A stretch of 64,000 nt of DNA, taken from assembly GCA_010093705.1 (NCBI GenBank), contig MU006124.1, positions 1 to 64,000 on the forward strand, read 5' to 3'. Source of the DNA: Patellaria atrata CBS 101060 (taxonomy: Eukaryota). The translations under genes were made by a program, and so were the position numbers. This document shows, piece after piece, positions 12,501-25,181 of this stretch (position 1 is the first letter of the stretch; every line of letters begins with the position of its first letter). The notes under the pieces were generated by a model. The model was not told the DNA's origin, did no database searches, and was given only the letters and a program-made list of their open reading frames with translations.

Positions 12501-15161
12501 TATCTCTTAAATTATAAGCTTTATTTTTATATAAAAATACTTTATTATAAACTAGTCTAGACTTTTAATTATCTATTTTTTCGCTTTATCGATTATATTA
12601 ATATTTTAATTATCTATAATAATAGTATATTTAAAAGACTTTTCTTTTTTTATTATTTTAAAGATTTCTTTTAATAGATTCTATAAATTTACTTTTAAAA
12701 TATTATTAGTAATTTACTAATTAATTATTTCTAATATTAATTTATATTAATATATTTTTTCTTTTTCTTTTAATTTAATATTACTCTTTATTTCTAAATT
12801 TATAGTTAACTTATTATCTATTTATTTTATTAAGATTATTAAAAGTTTAACTATTTTATTTAATTTACTATAATATTTATTTCTTTAAATAATTTATATT
12901 TATTAGTTCTAATCTTTTTTAAATATTAGATTATTATTATTATTAATATTAATACTTTTAAATATTAAATATTTTATTATTAGTAGAGTTTAGCTATTTA
13001 TAAATTCTTAATTAGTCTAATAATTATTTATCGATTAAACTAATATTATACTTTAGTTAAAATATTATATTATCTTTTTAAAGACTATTAAAAGAGAACT
13101 TAATCTAATATAATAATATAATATAACTATAATAATTATATTTTAACTATCTTTATTATTAACTACTAAATATAAAGATTAAGTTAAGAAATAATAATAT
13201 TATAGATTAAATATTTATATATAATAATTTTATTTTATTAAATTTTAATTTAACTATCTTTTATTTAATTAATTAGCGCTTAAAGATCTTTTTTATATTT
13301 AATTTAATAAAGATTTCTTATAAATAAACTAAATACTTAATATAGAAAATATAGAATTAATATTATAATATATTATTATATTAGTTAAATAGAAAATAAT
13401 TAAATTAAAACTTAATAAGATAAAATTATTATATATAAATATTTAATTTATAATATTATTATTTCTTAATTTAATCTCTATATTTAATAGTTAATAATAA
13501 AGATAATTAAAATATAATTATTATAATTATACTATATTATTATACTTTTTAAGTTTAATAAGATAATTATAAAAATTTATATAATTAATTATATAATTAA
13601 TAAATTATATAAAAATAATATTATAAATAAAGTTTATAATTTCTTTTATAAATTAATATTTATTAATATATTCTTTTAATATTAAAGAATTTTTAACTTT
13701 CTTAATTATTAAAATTAAAAGAAAATTAAAGAAAAATAAATTTAAATTTATATATTTCTAAATATTTCTATTTATAACTTTTTCTTTAATAATATTTATT
13801 TATCTTTATTAGTTTATATAATTATTTAATATTATTTAAATAGAGATTATTTTTAAAGATAATATCTTAATTTAATATAATAATAATAAAGTTATAACTT
13901 TCTTTAAATTAAAAAGAATAAAGATAATTAATTAAATTATAAATAAATAAAGATAATAAATATTATTATTAATTTAAAATATTATTAAATTTTAATAAAT
14001 AGATTAAAAAGTATTTAAGTTTTAATATAAATTAAATTTATAATTATTAAATATAAAAATATTAAAAATAATTAAAATAATTATTTTATTATTTAATAAC
14101 TATTTTAAAAAACGTAAAAATATATAAAAATATATAGATAATAACGTTTATATTTATTAAATAATTAAAAATATATAAATAATAATATTAATATTTATTA
14201 AATAATTATTTTAAAGAAATAATATTAATAATTAATATAAAATAATAAAAGATATATTTTATTATTCTTTTTATTAAAACCTTTAATTTAATAAAAAGAC
14301 TTATACTTTAATAAAATTTAAATATATAAGAAAAAGATTATTCTTAAATATTTCTATTTTTTATAATTAATTTAATTATTTATACTTTAATTATTTTAAT
14401 CGTTAATTATTTATAATAATTAATATAATTAAATAATTAATATTTAATTATTTTAATTATTAATTATTTATAATAATTAGTATAATTAAATAATTAATAT
14501 TTAAATTATATAATTCTTTATTATTTATTTTATTTATAATTTTTTTAAATAATATTTTTTTCTTTTCTTTATTTATTATCTATATATTTCTATAATTTAT
14601 AGTTATAATATTTTTATAAATAAACTAAATATTTAATATAGAAAATATAGAATTAATATTATAATATATTATTATAATAATAAAATTATTAAGATATTAA
14701 TTCTTATAATAATTAGAAATAATAAGCTAATTATTTATACTATTATAATTATAATATTATTATAATCTAGAGTTTTTAAATTAATATAATATTATCTTTT
14801 AATTCTTATATTAATACTATTTTCGTTATTTTCTAAGATATAGATTTTATACTATTCTATCCGTTTTAGTATATATCTATAGTATATTATAGCTAGATAG
14901 AACCTCTCTATTAAGAATTAAGCGATATATATTAGATGGTGAGGCTCGCTACCGGGTAAATGGATACTTACTAGTTCAAAACAGTGGTGAAAACAATAGT
15001 ATAGAACGGTAGCTTGAGATAGAGCGTTAAACCGTATTAAAATAGATCTCTGACGAGAGCACGGAGCTGTAGTGTTTTATCTGTTCTCTTTCTAACCTAG
15101 TATCATTGTCAACTATTCAGTATATAGTCCATATCTCTCTCAGTAGTTGCAAATCAAGCGA

Positions 15162-15235
15162 CATATTCATGCACCTGCAGATCCAGTTTATCTCACAACA
15201 TATTCCATGCACCTGTAGATCCAGTTTATCTCACA
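15162..15235. repeat. Short imperfect tandem duplication (~36 bp)
   Basis: CATATTCATGCACCTGCAGATCCAGTTTATCTCACA / CATATTCCATGCACCTGTAGATCCAGTTTATCTCACA. Confidence 0.85.
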
Positions 15236-15389
15236 CTAGGCCTTCCATCTCATCACTTTGGTCATCAATTGCTCCACCATCTTGAGGCTGCATTGTCTAC
15301 AACAATCAGAAATGGTTTTGCGACGACTTCTTGATTTGAATGATATACGTTTCAGCTATAAGGCAAATGATAAAATTTCTTGTGCGGTT

Positions 15390-15868
15390 TTTTTTTTCGA
15401 AGAGTATATCTATCTCCAAGCGGCTTGCTAGACGGCTTGAGAGAAACGCGAAAAGTACTATAATATGGCTGATTCTAATCCGGTATATTATGCTGCTCAG
15501 TTTCTACAGCCCGGGCTTAAATGGTCATGGTTCAGCGATAAGATGGATGGTCATATTGAAAAGAAACACTGGCTTAGGGGGAACCCGAGAATAGATGGAG
15601 ATACGGGCATTTAGGGCAAAGTTCGATAGCTATATACTAACGAATATAAGGGTCGCTACAGCCAAATCGAGGTCCCTTCCCAATCCACCCACCCCCGTAG
15701 GCACGGCGACGACTTTGGTGGCCTATAAGCCCATCAGGCTGTTCGCAATCGATCATCACAAGCCATCGACTTCTTCGACGAATACTCAGCCCACGATACA
15801 CGCGAAATCGAAGCTCTGATATACTGGAACGAACGCTACAACAGCCAACCGGATCTAGCCCGGATGGG
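15390..15868 (+). mobile_element. hAT-family transposase relic (C-terminal part), running into the assembly gap
   Basis: Translates A*EKREKYYNMADSNPVYYAAQFLQPGLKWSWF and IYWNERYNSQPDLARM, typical of the fungal hAT C-terminal/dimerisation region. Contains stops and frameshifts. Confidence 0.7.
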
Positions 15869-16553
15869 NNNNNNNNNNNNNNNNNNNNNNNNNNNNNNNN
15901 NNNNNNNNNNNNNNNNNNNNNNNNNNNNNNNNNNNNNNNNNNNNNNNNNNNNNNNNNNNNNNNNNNNNNNNNNNNNNNNNNNNNNNNNNNNNNNNNNNNN
16001 NNNNNNNNNNNNNNNNNNNNNNNNNNNNNNNNNNNNNNNNNNNNNNNNNNNNNNNNNNNNNNNNNNNNNNNNNNNNNNNNNNNNNNNNNNNNNNNNNNNN
16101 NNNNNNNNNNNNNNNNNNNNNNNNNNNNNNNNNNNNNNNNNNNNNNNNNNNNNNNNNNNNNNNNNNNNNNNNNNNNNNNNNNNNNNNNNNNNNNNNNNNN
16201 NNNNNNNNNNNNNNNNNNNNNNNNNNNNNNNNNNNNNNNNNNNNNNNNNNNNNNNNNNNNNNNNNNNNNNNNNNNNNNNNNNNNNNNNNNNNNNNNNNNN
16301 NNNNNNNNNNNNNNNNNNNNNNNNNNNNNNNNNNNNNNNNNNNNNNNNNNNNNNNNNNNNNNNNNNNNNNNNNNNNNNNNNNNNNNNNNNNNNNNNNNNN
16401 NNNNNNNNNNNNNNNNNNNNNNNNNNNNNNNNNNNNNNNNNNNNNNNNNNNNNNNNNNNNNNNNNNNNNNNNNNNNNNNNNNNNNNNNNNNNNNNNNNNN
16501 NNNNNNNNNNNNNNNNNNNNNNNNNNNNNNNNNNNNNNNNNNNNNNNNNNNNN
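15869..16553. other. Assembly gap (685 N)
   Basis: Run of N. Confidence 1.
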
Positions 16554-16690
16554 TGGGGTCAGTGGTCGGCGATCAGCACGACCGATCAGAACAGAGAATA
16601 GAAGAAACACTACTGCCACCACTGCCACCACTGCCACCACCAGGATATCCAGTCTGACACCAGATGCCAATGAAAACCTGCCCCTCTGGC

Positions 16691-18705
16691 CTATAACTTC
16701 GACAGCAAGAAGCCTTCCTTCTGTAACGTTTGAAACACTCCTGTACGATCATACTTTCTCGCAATAGCTTTCAATCTGGCCAAGTTGGCTTGCGGGTACG
16801 TCGCTAACGGATTCTGATCTCTCGACGCGTCGTTCATATAAACGAACGGGAGATGCGACGCTCGCAACTGACCCAATTCCTTCCACTTCCGAGTCGTGGC
16901 GATACCAACACCACGGACGAGCTCATCGTGCTCTGGGGAGGTCCAGTCCATTATTGAGGTCCACCCTAGATTTCTTTTAGTCTGGCGTTGACGTTGTTTG
17001 GCTATGACAGTTTCAAGTGTTCAATTAAGGTCATGTGGGCTCACATTGCTGCGTAATAGACTCTAAACCAAGCGGATTCCCCCCATTCCTGTTCCCAGCG
17101 TCGACAGCACTTTTCGGGATATGCTGTACTACAAAAGTCATATTGGCCCCGGTAGCAGCGCTCACCTCTGCGGTCTTGGCGGCCCAGAATGCATGCACCT
17201 CTTTGTAAAGTTGGATGTCGACTTTGCTGCTTGCGCCACGATAGTCGTGCCTAATTTGAGATTGAGGTTAGTGAGTCCTCGACAGCGTCTACGAAGGACT
17301 GTTCGTGGAATGTATAATAATGAATTGCCTACCGAATAGGAGTCGGAGGCGATGCGGCCGCAATGATATTACTTAAGTTTAGCACCGAGGCTTTTATAGA
17401 AGGGACTGCTGTCTGTAAGACTGGGATATCGTAAAAGGGCCTAAAACAAGGCGGCAGCTCAACTGGTGCTGAGTACACGAGTCCAATGTTGCAGAAAGTA
17501 TTTGTTATTACGATGATAGTTGATCCCTTCGGATCGTCATTGTTCTGCCATTCTGCAAATGCTTCAAGGATGGCCGTCGCTTGGTCAGGGGCATGAGTCG
17601 TGGATTGGAACCAGAGGTTATTGATAGGGACGGTCGCGAGGTCGAATCGGGTGACGATTCCTTAGTGCTAGTTTAAGAAATATTGCAAGCCACGCATTTT
17701 AGAGGACTCATACCGAAATTCGGACCACCTCCTTTCAAAGCCCAGAACAAGTCCGCATTTTGATTAGGATTTGCGTTCACTATCGTACCATCCGCAAGAA
17801 CGACCTGGCAAGTTAATCAAAGCTACTCATGGGCCCCTGATGTACAATACCTCTACATTTTTGAGGGTGTCTGCAACGAGGCCATATTCAGCGGTGAAAT
17901 GTGAGACACCTCCTACTTAAGGATTAGTGATCGTCTCAAGAAGGAGCGATTTTCAGTCCAAAGTTGACCTCCAAGTATAAGTCCACCGACTCCAACGCTA
18001 GGGACTCTTCCTCCAAGCACCGTCAAACTGTACGGATCCAGGTACTCAATGACATCAGACCACTTTGCACCAGGCCCTACCTGTGCAACTTCTTGAGAAG
18101 AGGTTACTGTGGTCCGGTTGAGACGACCCAAGTCTATGAGGATTCCAGAGTCGATGCTAGACCAACCAGGATTTGGAGAGTGGCCACCGGAACGAACGGC
18201 GAATTCGACGTGGAGAAATGCGACGATCTTGATGATCTTGGAGACTCCTGTTGCCGAGTCTGGGCGGACAACGCATGCTGGGTTGAACCAGCAGGTTTGT
18301 GACCTTCGATGGAATTAGTGGAAAGCCAAACGCTTCGAGATTATACAGTGTGTCGTGCACTTACCAACTTCTTTCAACATCTTGCTCGACATCTTCGCCA
18401 ATATGGAATGCTTCTGAGTCAAACACAAGTTTTGAGATAAAACATGCCGTATGAACTAATCCAGTAGTTTTCTTAATTTCCGTCTTATCAGAAAGGAAGT
18501 CGGCGACTTCGGGACTGCTCCGCAGGTGCTCGGTGATTTCGCTCGCAATAATATCTCCTACGTCGAGAGAGGCGACGAAATCGCCAATGAATCCGAAACC
18601 CGTTTTGTTGGAGGCCCTTCCATCATACACATCGGAAATTACTTCTACCATGGAGGCTACAAGAAGCTGTAGACAGCAGAATAGAAAAACGCAAGGTGCA
18701 AGCAT
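16691..18705 (-). CDS. FAD-linked oxidoreductase (BBE/VAO-type, FAD_binding_4), 545 aa, probable signal peptide
   Basis: Exons 18705-18365, 18303-17969, 17912-17851, 17804-17714, 17660-17333, 17250-17045, 16965-16691. GT-AG introns, 1638 nt, open. Motifs [52 protein letters not shown]. Confidence 0.93.
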
Positions 18706-20149
18706 GACTTACAGGTCAGATTCAGGAAGCCTACGATGGCTTGAGGGAATCGGCTTTTCTTATAAGAGTTTCAAGTCGGTGATCATCCCGTCCTTACTAC
18801 GTTAGTTCAGGAAAGCGCCGACTTTTACTGCTATCCCGCTGTTCCTAGTTGAGATGACTCAACCTACCTCAATCTATCCGATAAATTCACGACTTGATCA
18901 GGCTTTCAAATCATGCACACCCAGCAACTTGTGGAATGTGGCTGGAGGAGAGCAAAAGAGGTCAGCGCGGGTGGTTCATCTGAAGTTGCGCTAGCGTCAA
19001 ATCAGAACAAGTTGCGAGTGAAGGTGCAGTGTGGCTTTAGAAGGAGAAACATGATTTGGTCTCGCTCGAAGAACTCTTATATACCGCATCTACTTCCAGT
19101 TGCTCCCAGGGCGCACATCGCGGGATCGGATCATGGCATGCCCGCAACGTGGAACTAGGATCTACGGTAGTTGTTTCTACATTACATACTAGAGCCCTTC
19201 CGTGGGCCGTCGGTAGAACTAAGGTAGAATTATAACCTAGTTCTAGTTCTAAAGAGCGGAAGAGCTAAGTATTATTAGAACTAGACCTCCCTTCCTTCGA
19301 AACTTAAATATAACATACATCCATCGCTAACAATAATAATGCGAAAAGGTAACAGAAAAGAAGTTGCTTTCCTAAACCCCGCCAGTATTATCGAACCTCT
19401 GATTTATACGACTTCAAAAAGGGTCCTCCTGTACGGTGTTGATTCTATATGCCGATGGTGGGGGGCGAAGTTCAAACAGCTAAGTGTTGGTAAAAAAAAG
19501 CATCCCCTATGCTCTATACTGTACGACGTCGGTTAGAACTATGGTCGTACAGAGCTGGGCATTGGTGCCATATATGTGATGCTATTGCAAGCAACTTAAT
19601 AACAGTAAGAGCCAGGATCAATAGCATTTGAATTGAAGCGCGTGCCCTCCCGTCAGGGTATTCCAATCTTTGGGGAAGCTCCACGCTCAGCTAAGTTACT
19701 CGCCGCAGCCTGTATGTCAGCAACTATGCCCCAATCCGTTGCAATACCCACGAGGGCAACTTTCAATAATATTGGTACAAGTGGGGCCATTAAATTGTAT
19801 CAACCAGTTTTGAGTGCAACTTGTAAAGGACGAATGTCTGTTTTCAGCCGCGCTCCGATAATACTCACTATCTAGATTCACTCTGTATACCTTATAACTT
19901 GTGAGGAAGAGGCTGGGTTCTGCTTATATCCATATAAACTCTTTCAAGGGAACCGATAGTTCTGAACAAGCACGGCCTAAGCACTAATACTCCTAAGTGA
20001 CGCCTCTAAATAGTGACTACTAGATCCCGAATCACGTATTCCAAGCCCGGTAGCGCTGCAAAGCGTCACGTCACTTAAAAAGGGTTGGTTCAAACAATCG
20101 CGCAAGCCCTTAAGTTACGAAGATCTAACGTTCTCCCGACCGTAGAAAC

Positions 20150-21456
20150 ATGTCTGCACCGCTACCTTCCTTTATCCCGCCTCCTACTCATATCAACGAT
20201 ACGCATAAACATTACGATGTAGCAGCCGGTATCATTATCATGCTCATAGTCGGAACTTCTGTAACAATATTACGTCTATGGTGTCAATGGAGAGCGCAGC
20301 TATTAGGATATGACGATTGGGCAATAATGCCAGCGCTAGTATGCCCCTACCCTTACTCTTAAACCTTGAGTGACTATGCGGTACCCAAAAACACGAGCTC
20401 TCCTACATCATTAAACGAATCTCTGTCGCTAATTCTCTATAGGTTCTCTATATCGGCCATTCTATTATGGGGGTCTACTGTAACCTATGTGGCGGCATTG
20501 GCAAACCACTGTGGGAAGTGTCATATCCGGAGTTTCAGATTTGGTTCAAGGGTATCGTAGGCACGACGTTCCTCTACCCACTGATGACGGCCTCAGTGCG
20601 AATCAGTATTCTTTTGTTCTACCAGCGCATCTTCTCCCAAGCGCACACAGTCACCCGCTGGGCAATACGAGTGACTCTGTCGCTAACTGCGATTTTTGTT
20701 GTAGTCTATAGTATCCTTCCAGGCTTCGTATGCACCCCGATAAGCTACGGGTGGCGCCTGTTAGAAGACCGGGCGACTCATTGCAAGAGCAACCAATATT
20801 ATTATGAGTATACGTTGAGTCTATACAGCTTAAGTATTGCGTTCGACGTGCTTTTAATAATTATTCCGATCTACCCTGTCATGAAGCTGCAGATGTCACT
20901 TCAGAAACGGGTCGGTGCTATTGTAATGTTTGCCTTAGGAGCAAGTAGCTGCGTTGCGGCGAGCTATAAGTTGGCGGTATATGTGGATCAGTGGGATAGG
21001 ATTGGGAATATCGATCCTCGATGTAAGTGATCGTTCGATCGAGTGATGGTCAAGGAGCTTCCACTGACTAAGTTTGAAGGGCTCACCAACCCCCTCTCCC
21101 TAGTTATACCCCCTCAATTCGACGACTACGGCTACACTTTCTGGATCCCTTCCCAAGTAGAACCCACAACCGCGATGATTGGTGCATCACTACCCGCGCT
21201 ACGACGTCTATTCAAGACACCCTTCAAGTTTCTCACATCCACATTAAGGAGTTGGACTGGGACCACGAAGATTGGAACAGGGAGTAGTAGTAGCCGGGGC
21301 AGCGGGAGAAGTGGTCAAGGTTATGGAGGCTTCAGGAAGATGCCGGGAGGGGATTCTAGGAGGGGAGCGGAGACCGTTACGGGCGGTACAGATTCATGGG
21401 AAGTATCAAGGGAGGAGTGGGAACTAAGGGACTTAAGGGGTAGCAGAAGAGTTTAA
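20150..21456 (+). CDS. PTH11-like / fungal rhodopsin-domain integral membrane protein, no CFEM domain, 381 aa
   Basis: Exons 20150-20338, 20443-21022, 21080-21456 (1146 nt, open). Motifs LRLW..GYDDW, RISILLFYQRIF, CTPISYGW, DVLLIIIPI..VMKLQMSLQKR, VEPTTAMIGASLPALR. Confidence 0.9.
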
Positions 21457-21795
21457 ATATTTACACATCACAGTTACGGCTTGTACATATTCCTTCTGGT
21501 TAGGGACAGGACAGTCTTGGCTCATCGTAGGTCTTTCTAAATCGGGACTCCCTACTGTGATACAGTATGAGATAGCCGTATATGATGACTTGAAACTCCA
21601 CGACATGTACCCCTAATCGGCTGATGAAACTTTCATGCTAATACTATCTAGACTGTTGGATGTGTTCGCCCCCTATTGTGGCTCAGACGTGAAAGATTAT
21701 GGCGTTACATAGAGACATATATATTTCGTAATCATCCACCCCGAAGACGGGTATCTCTCATTCCTCGTCTCCAAAGCACCTTATTAGACCCTCCA

Positions 21796-23068
21796 TTACA
21801 CACTCAATCTCAACCTCCACTCCTCGGTCCTGCGTATGGCCTCTATAATTAGTACACTCACCCATAGCAAACCAATGCAGATATTCCACCGGAATATCAA
21901 ACCACCACTCTCCGGTTCCTCTGGCTTCAGCATTTGCACCTGCAGCGCTGTACTCGCACCCCATGCAGCTAGGCCGACACTTACTAACATACCTGCGTCA
22001 GCCCGGGTTGCAGCAATCTGTAGAATTATTACGGTAATGAGGTTCAACGCAATCATGAACGGGTTATACCAGCGTGTTCCCAGCATTTGAGCCAGTGATC
22101 CGGTTCCCGAGATTCGATCACCAGAGATATCTTGCAATCCATACGCAGTATCGAAATAGAGCGTCCATGCTGCATATGCTGCTGCTACTGGAGTACAAAC
22201 GCGCCAGTCAACCGTGACAAACGCACTTTTCGCGATGTCAACAATCCAGTCCAGAAACCCATCGGGTCGTAGAAAGTCAGTTGGTACAGTGGACGAATGC
22301 GGAGCTATAGAGCTTAAGGAGACCCACCCAGCAATTACTCCTCCCGACAGACTTGCGGCAAGCACAAACTGTGGCCATCCTACGATTCTCTTAGCCCAGG
22401 GATAGACAAAAGCTAAAATACAACTCGGTATGACGGCTACAAGGGTGCTGGTACCCAGGAGCTTTTTTGTAAGGAAGCCGCATTGGAAGATCTGGATAAG
22501 AAACCATAACAAGGCAAAGTGAGGCGAGCAGCTACCAGAGGGCAGAGGGCGTTTAGATGTGCGAACCGCGAATGAGTCGATGTGTGCATCAAGAATATCA
22601 CTGTAAGTGAAGTTTCTTAGTCAGACTGTCTTACTCATCTTCCGGGAATATGTACTTTGAATTCATGAGAAGATCGGATGGGACGCAAATGGTGCAAAGT
22701 AGATAGGAGAGAGGGAGAGTCTCACTTCCACGTGCAGAAACACCCATGGATCATTGTCATGCATAGCCAATTACTCAATATCAGCCACATGATCTGCTTA
22801 GCCGACAGGAGATCCGGGTTGCAAAACGTTGCGAAGCAAAGGCCCCATACTATAGCACAGCAGTGTCAGTATGAGTAGAAATAATTGAACTGTCTGGATG
22901 CCGAATTCCATTGTAAGATGCAACTAGAAATGTCGACATGAAAGCGAGTGACCTACTAGCTGGATACCATGCGAACCACGACTCACGGGTGTGAAACCGG
23001 GAGAGTTCCCATAGGGTGCGGAGTTTGTGTCGAAGATGTAGATTGCTGGATCCTAAATGTTGTTTCAT
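21796..23068 (-). CDS. UbiA-family (Coq2-like) membrane aromatic prenyltransferase, 346 aa
   Basis: Exons 23068-22957, 22849-22726, 22600-21796 (1041 nt, open). Aspartate-rich motifs NDILDAHID..RTSKRPLPSG and YFDTAYGLQDISGD, plus YPWAKR and multiple hydrophobic segments. Confidence 0.92.
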
Positions 23069-23532
23069 ACCTTTTGATTACCCATTCTTGCAATATACTG
23101 TGGAAGTAGTTGGGATATATATACCCTCTTAGGTCATTTTGTCATATTGGGGTAAATATCTTTCTATCACACGACTTCAAGGAAATCCGTTGTACAACTC
23201 CTTTTGTTGGTGCCTGTTTCCGGTGAGATGAGTTCGGGATTGATCAATGATGATGTTCTTAGTTCTATTCGCTTGAAGGTGCAGCTCAAATCCTCAAGGG
23301 TCACAGTAAATGAGAGTTGTGTAACAGACAAGAATGGAACCTCGCATTTCTCGCATCACCTCGAGCTTCCAGTGCATCAGTGCTGCAGTTCACAAACTCC
23401 AACAGTCCAACCTATTATAGCACCCAACCATTTACGCCCTTAGCTGCATGGGAGTACTATAAAATTCCCATCTTGCACCCCGGACGTCCGCTAGAACCAG
23501 ACTCAGTGCTCACATAAGTTATATGAATTGTA

Positions 23533-24610
23533 TCAACCATCGACAACGTTCTTCCATGTAAGACCACACCACAGTAAGCTAATCTCGAATAATTTTCCCT
23601 GCCTCTCCTTGTCTCGAGTCTCTGGGCTCGATTCCGACTCTTTTCTGAGGACGAAGTATCCACTCTTGTTTTTGAAGGCCGCCCCAACTGCTGCCTCTGC
23701 AACATCGGGTCCAGCATCCCTCGCACGGCGTAGCGTTGGTTTTACGAACCTCAGTACCGGCTGCAAGTGATTGAGCACTGTACTGAGGAGGAGCTTCCAC
23801 GAGCGTGGCACATCAGGCTGTTGGAAGGCCCTCGAGTCGAGGATCGTTCCGGGATCAATCGCCAGCGCGGAAATGTTGTGGAATCTTGGTGTCTGGCAAG
23901 TGTTAGATAACTAGCGCACGGACAAGATATACTGCGGGTTTTGTTTGCTTATATGCGTTAGATTTCCTTACCTCTTTTAGTCTTCTGCCTAATTCATACA
24001 TGCACATAATAACTGCCAACTTTGCAACACTGTACCGATAGAACCCCTTCCCAACTTCGTCCTGCTCTCTCTCTTTCGGCGGGTGGATAAGTTCATCTAG
24101 GTTGTCCGGTATGGCCGGTGGGAACCTCTCCATTGGGGCGCTCCTTCCTGGCCAATGTACCTCGCTACCTAGGAGCAAGATTCGGCCACCTTCTTTACTG
24201 AAGCTTTTGAGCAACCTGAGGGTAAGATTTAGATGGGCAAGATGCGCGATAGCCATGGAGCGCTCATAACCGTCTTCAGAAAACTTAGGACCTCCCGCTA
24301 ACGACCAGCAGAACGCATTGCATATGGTTGCAACGAGAGGAGGATACTTTCCCTTTGCAATATCATTGCTAAGGGCATCCGCAAAGGTGCTGACATCTCT
24401 AAGGGATGCCAAGTCTAGGGTCTTGAGCTGCGTGCGAGCCGTTGGAAACTCCTCGATTACATTAAGAAGTTTCTTCGTGTTGGGATCATCCGGTGAGCTG
24501 CGTCGGACAGTAAGAAAGAGAGTAAGCTCCGGATAATGGAAGAGCAGATGGCGGGTTGTAGGAATTGCTAGAGAAGAGTTAGCACCGGTGATAAGTACTG
24601 TGCCAGTCAT
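23533..24610 (-). CDS. Short-chain dehydrogenase/reductase, 332 aa
   Basis: Exons 24610-23972 and 23892-23533 (999 nt). Motifs VLITGANSSLA, LDLASL, ICNA, catalytic YSVAK, AIDPG. Confidence 0.92.
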
Positions 24611-25181
24611 GGTGGTTGACGAATTGATTCTAAGTACGTGATGTTGTGAGTGTACTGTACGTCTCAAGTCAGATTATTGCAGACTTTATAGAGGGGTTAA
24701 GTCAACCGTCAGTCGCTTGTAGTAGGTAATGCGAAGATTTCTTTATTACGGCCTTAATAGTCTTAACGCCATAACCGTTGTGGCTGGGGTTGTAGAGTGT
24801 CTAAGAGGACATGGTCAAACTGAGCTAAATCCGGAGGTTTATCCTTTCTTGGATCCCTGGCGATGTGCTGGTTGTACATATGCATACCAATATTGATAAT
24901 AGGGCCAATTTCGTTCTAGGAATGTATATCGAGCAACTGAGAAATTAACAGACGACTGCATGCAGATAATTGGGGAATGGGTAACTTCGTATTTAGCCGG
25001 ACTAGAGCTCATTCCTCCTCACATTACTGACTAATCTGAGAATAGGTTTCCGCAATTAGTTCAATATTGACCATTGAGCGTATATCAACGGCCGAGGAGT
25101 CCCAACTGTCGCAAGCGAAAAGATAAGGGCACGAGTATTTCTTGCTCCTCGAAGGGGAGACGCTGCGTATCTACTTCAAAA

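Larger units (their letters stand above)
139..13380 (-). mobile_element. RIP-degraded Ty3/Gypsy family-B element (partial), interrupted by element A1; 5' LTR 13109-13380
   Basis: Reverse complement matches the + strand B copies (481-540 vs 57421-57480). RIP-mutated YIDDILIY at ~9841-9870. 272-bp LTR. It is itself inserted into another B LTR, whose 3' half lies at 13381-13544 (+). Confidence 0.88.

Noticed and set aside
13545..14880. Extremely AT-rich tract with a ~58-bp tandem duplication (~14387-14502); possible centromeric DNA
   Set aside because: It is too degraded to classify, and centromere identity cannot be inferred from sequence alone.
15340..15819. Small ORFs at the AT-block edge as candidate effectors
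   Set aside because: They are off-frame readings of the hAT transposase relic, with no convincing signal peptide or Cys pattern.
15855..16670. ORF-track entries of 271 and 245 aa
   Set aside because: They are artefacts of reading through the N gap.
21796..23068. UbiA gene as housekeeping COQ2 or as a UbiA-type terpene cyclase
   Set aside because: There is no mitochondrial-type N-terminal extension and it sits in a cluster. Its motifs resemble aromatic prenyltransferases. A phylogeny is needed to exclude a cyclase fully.
24611..25181. Shared CGG-type regulator sites in cluster promoters
   Set aside because: CGG/CCG triplets occur, but I could not see a consistent spaced motif across promoters.
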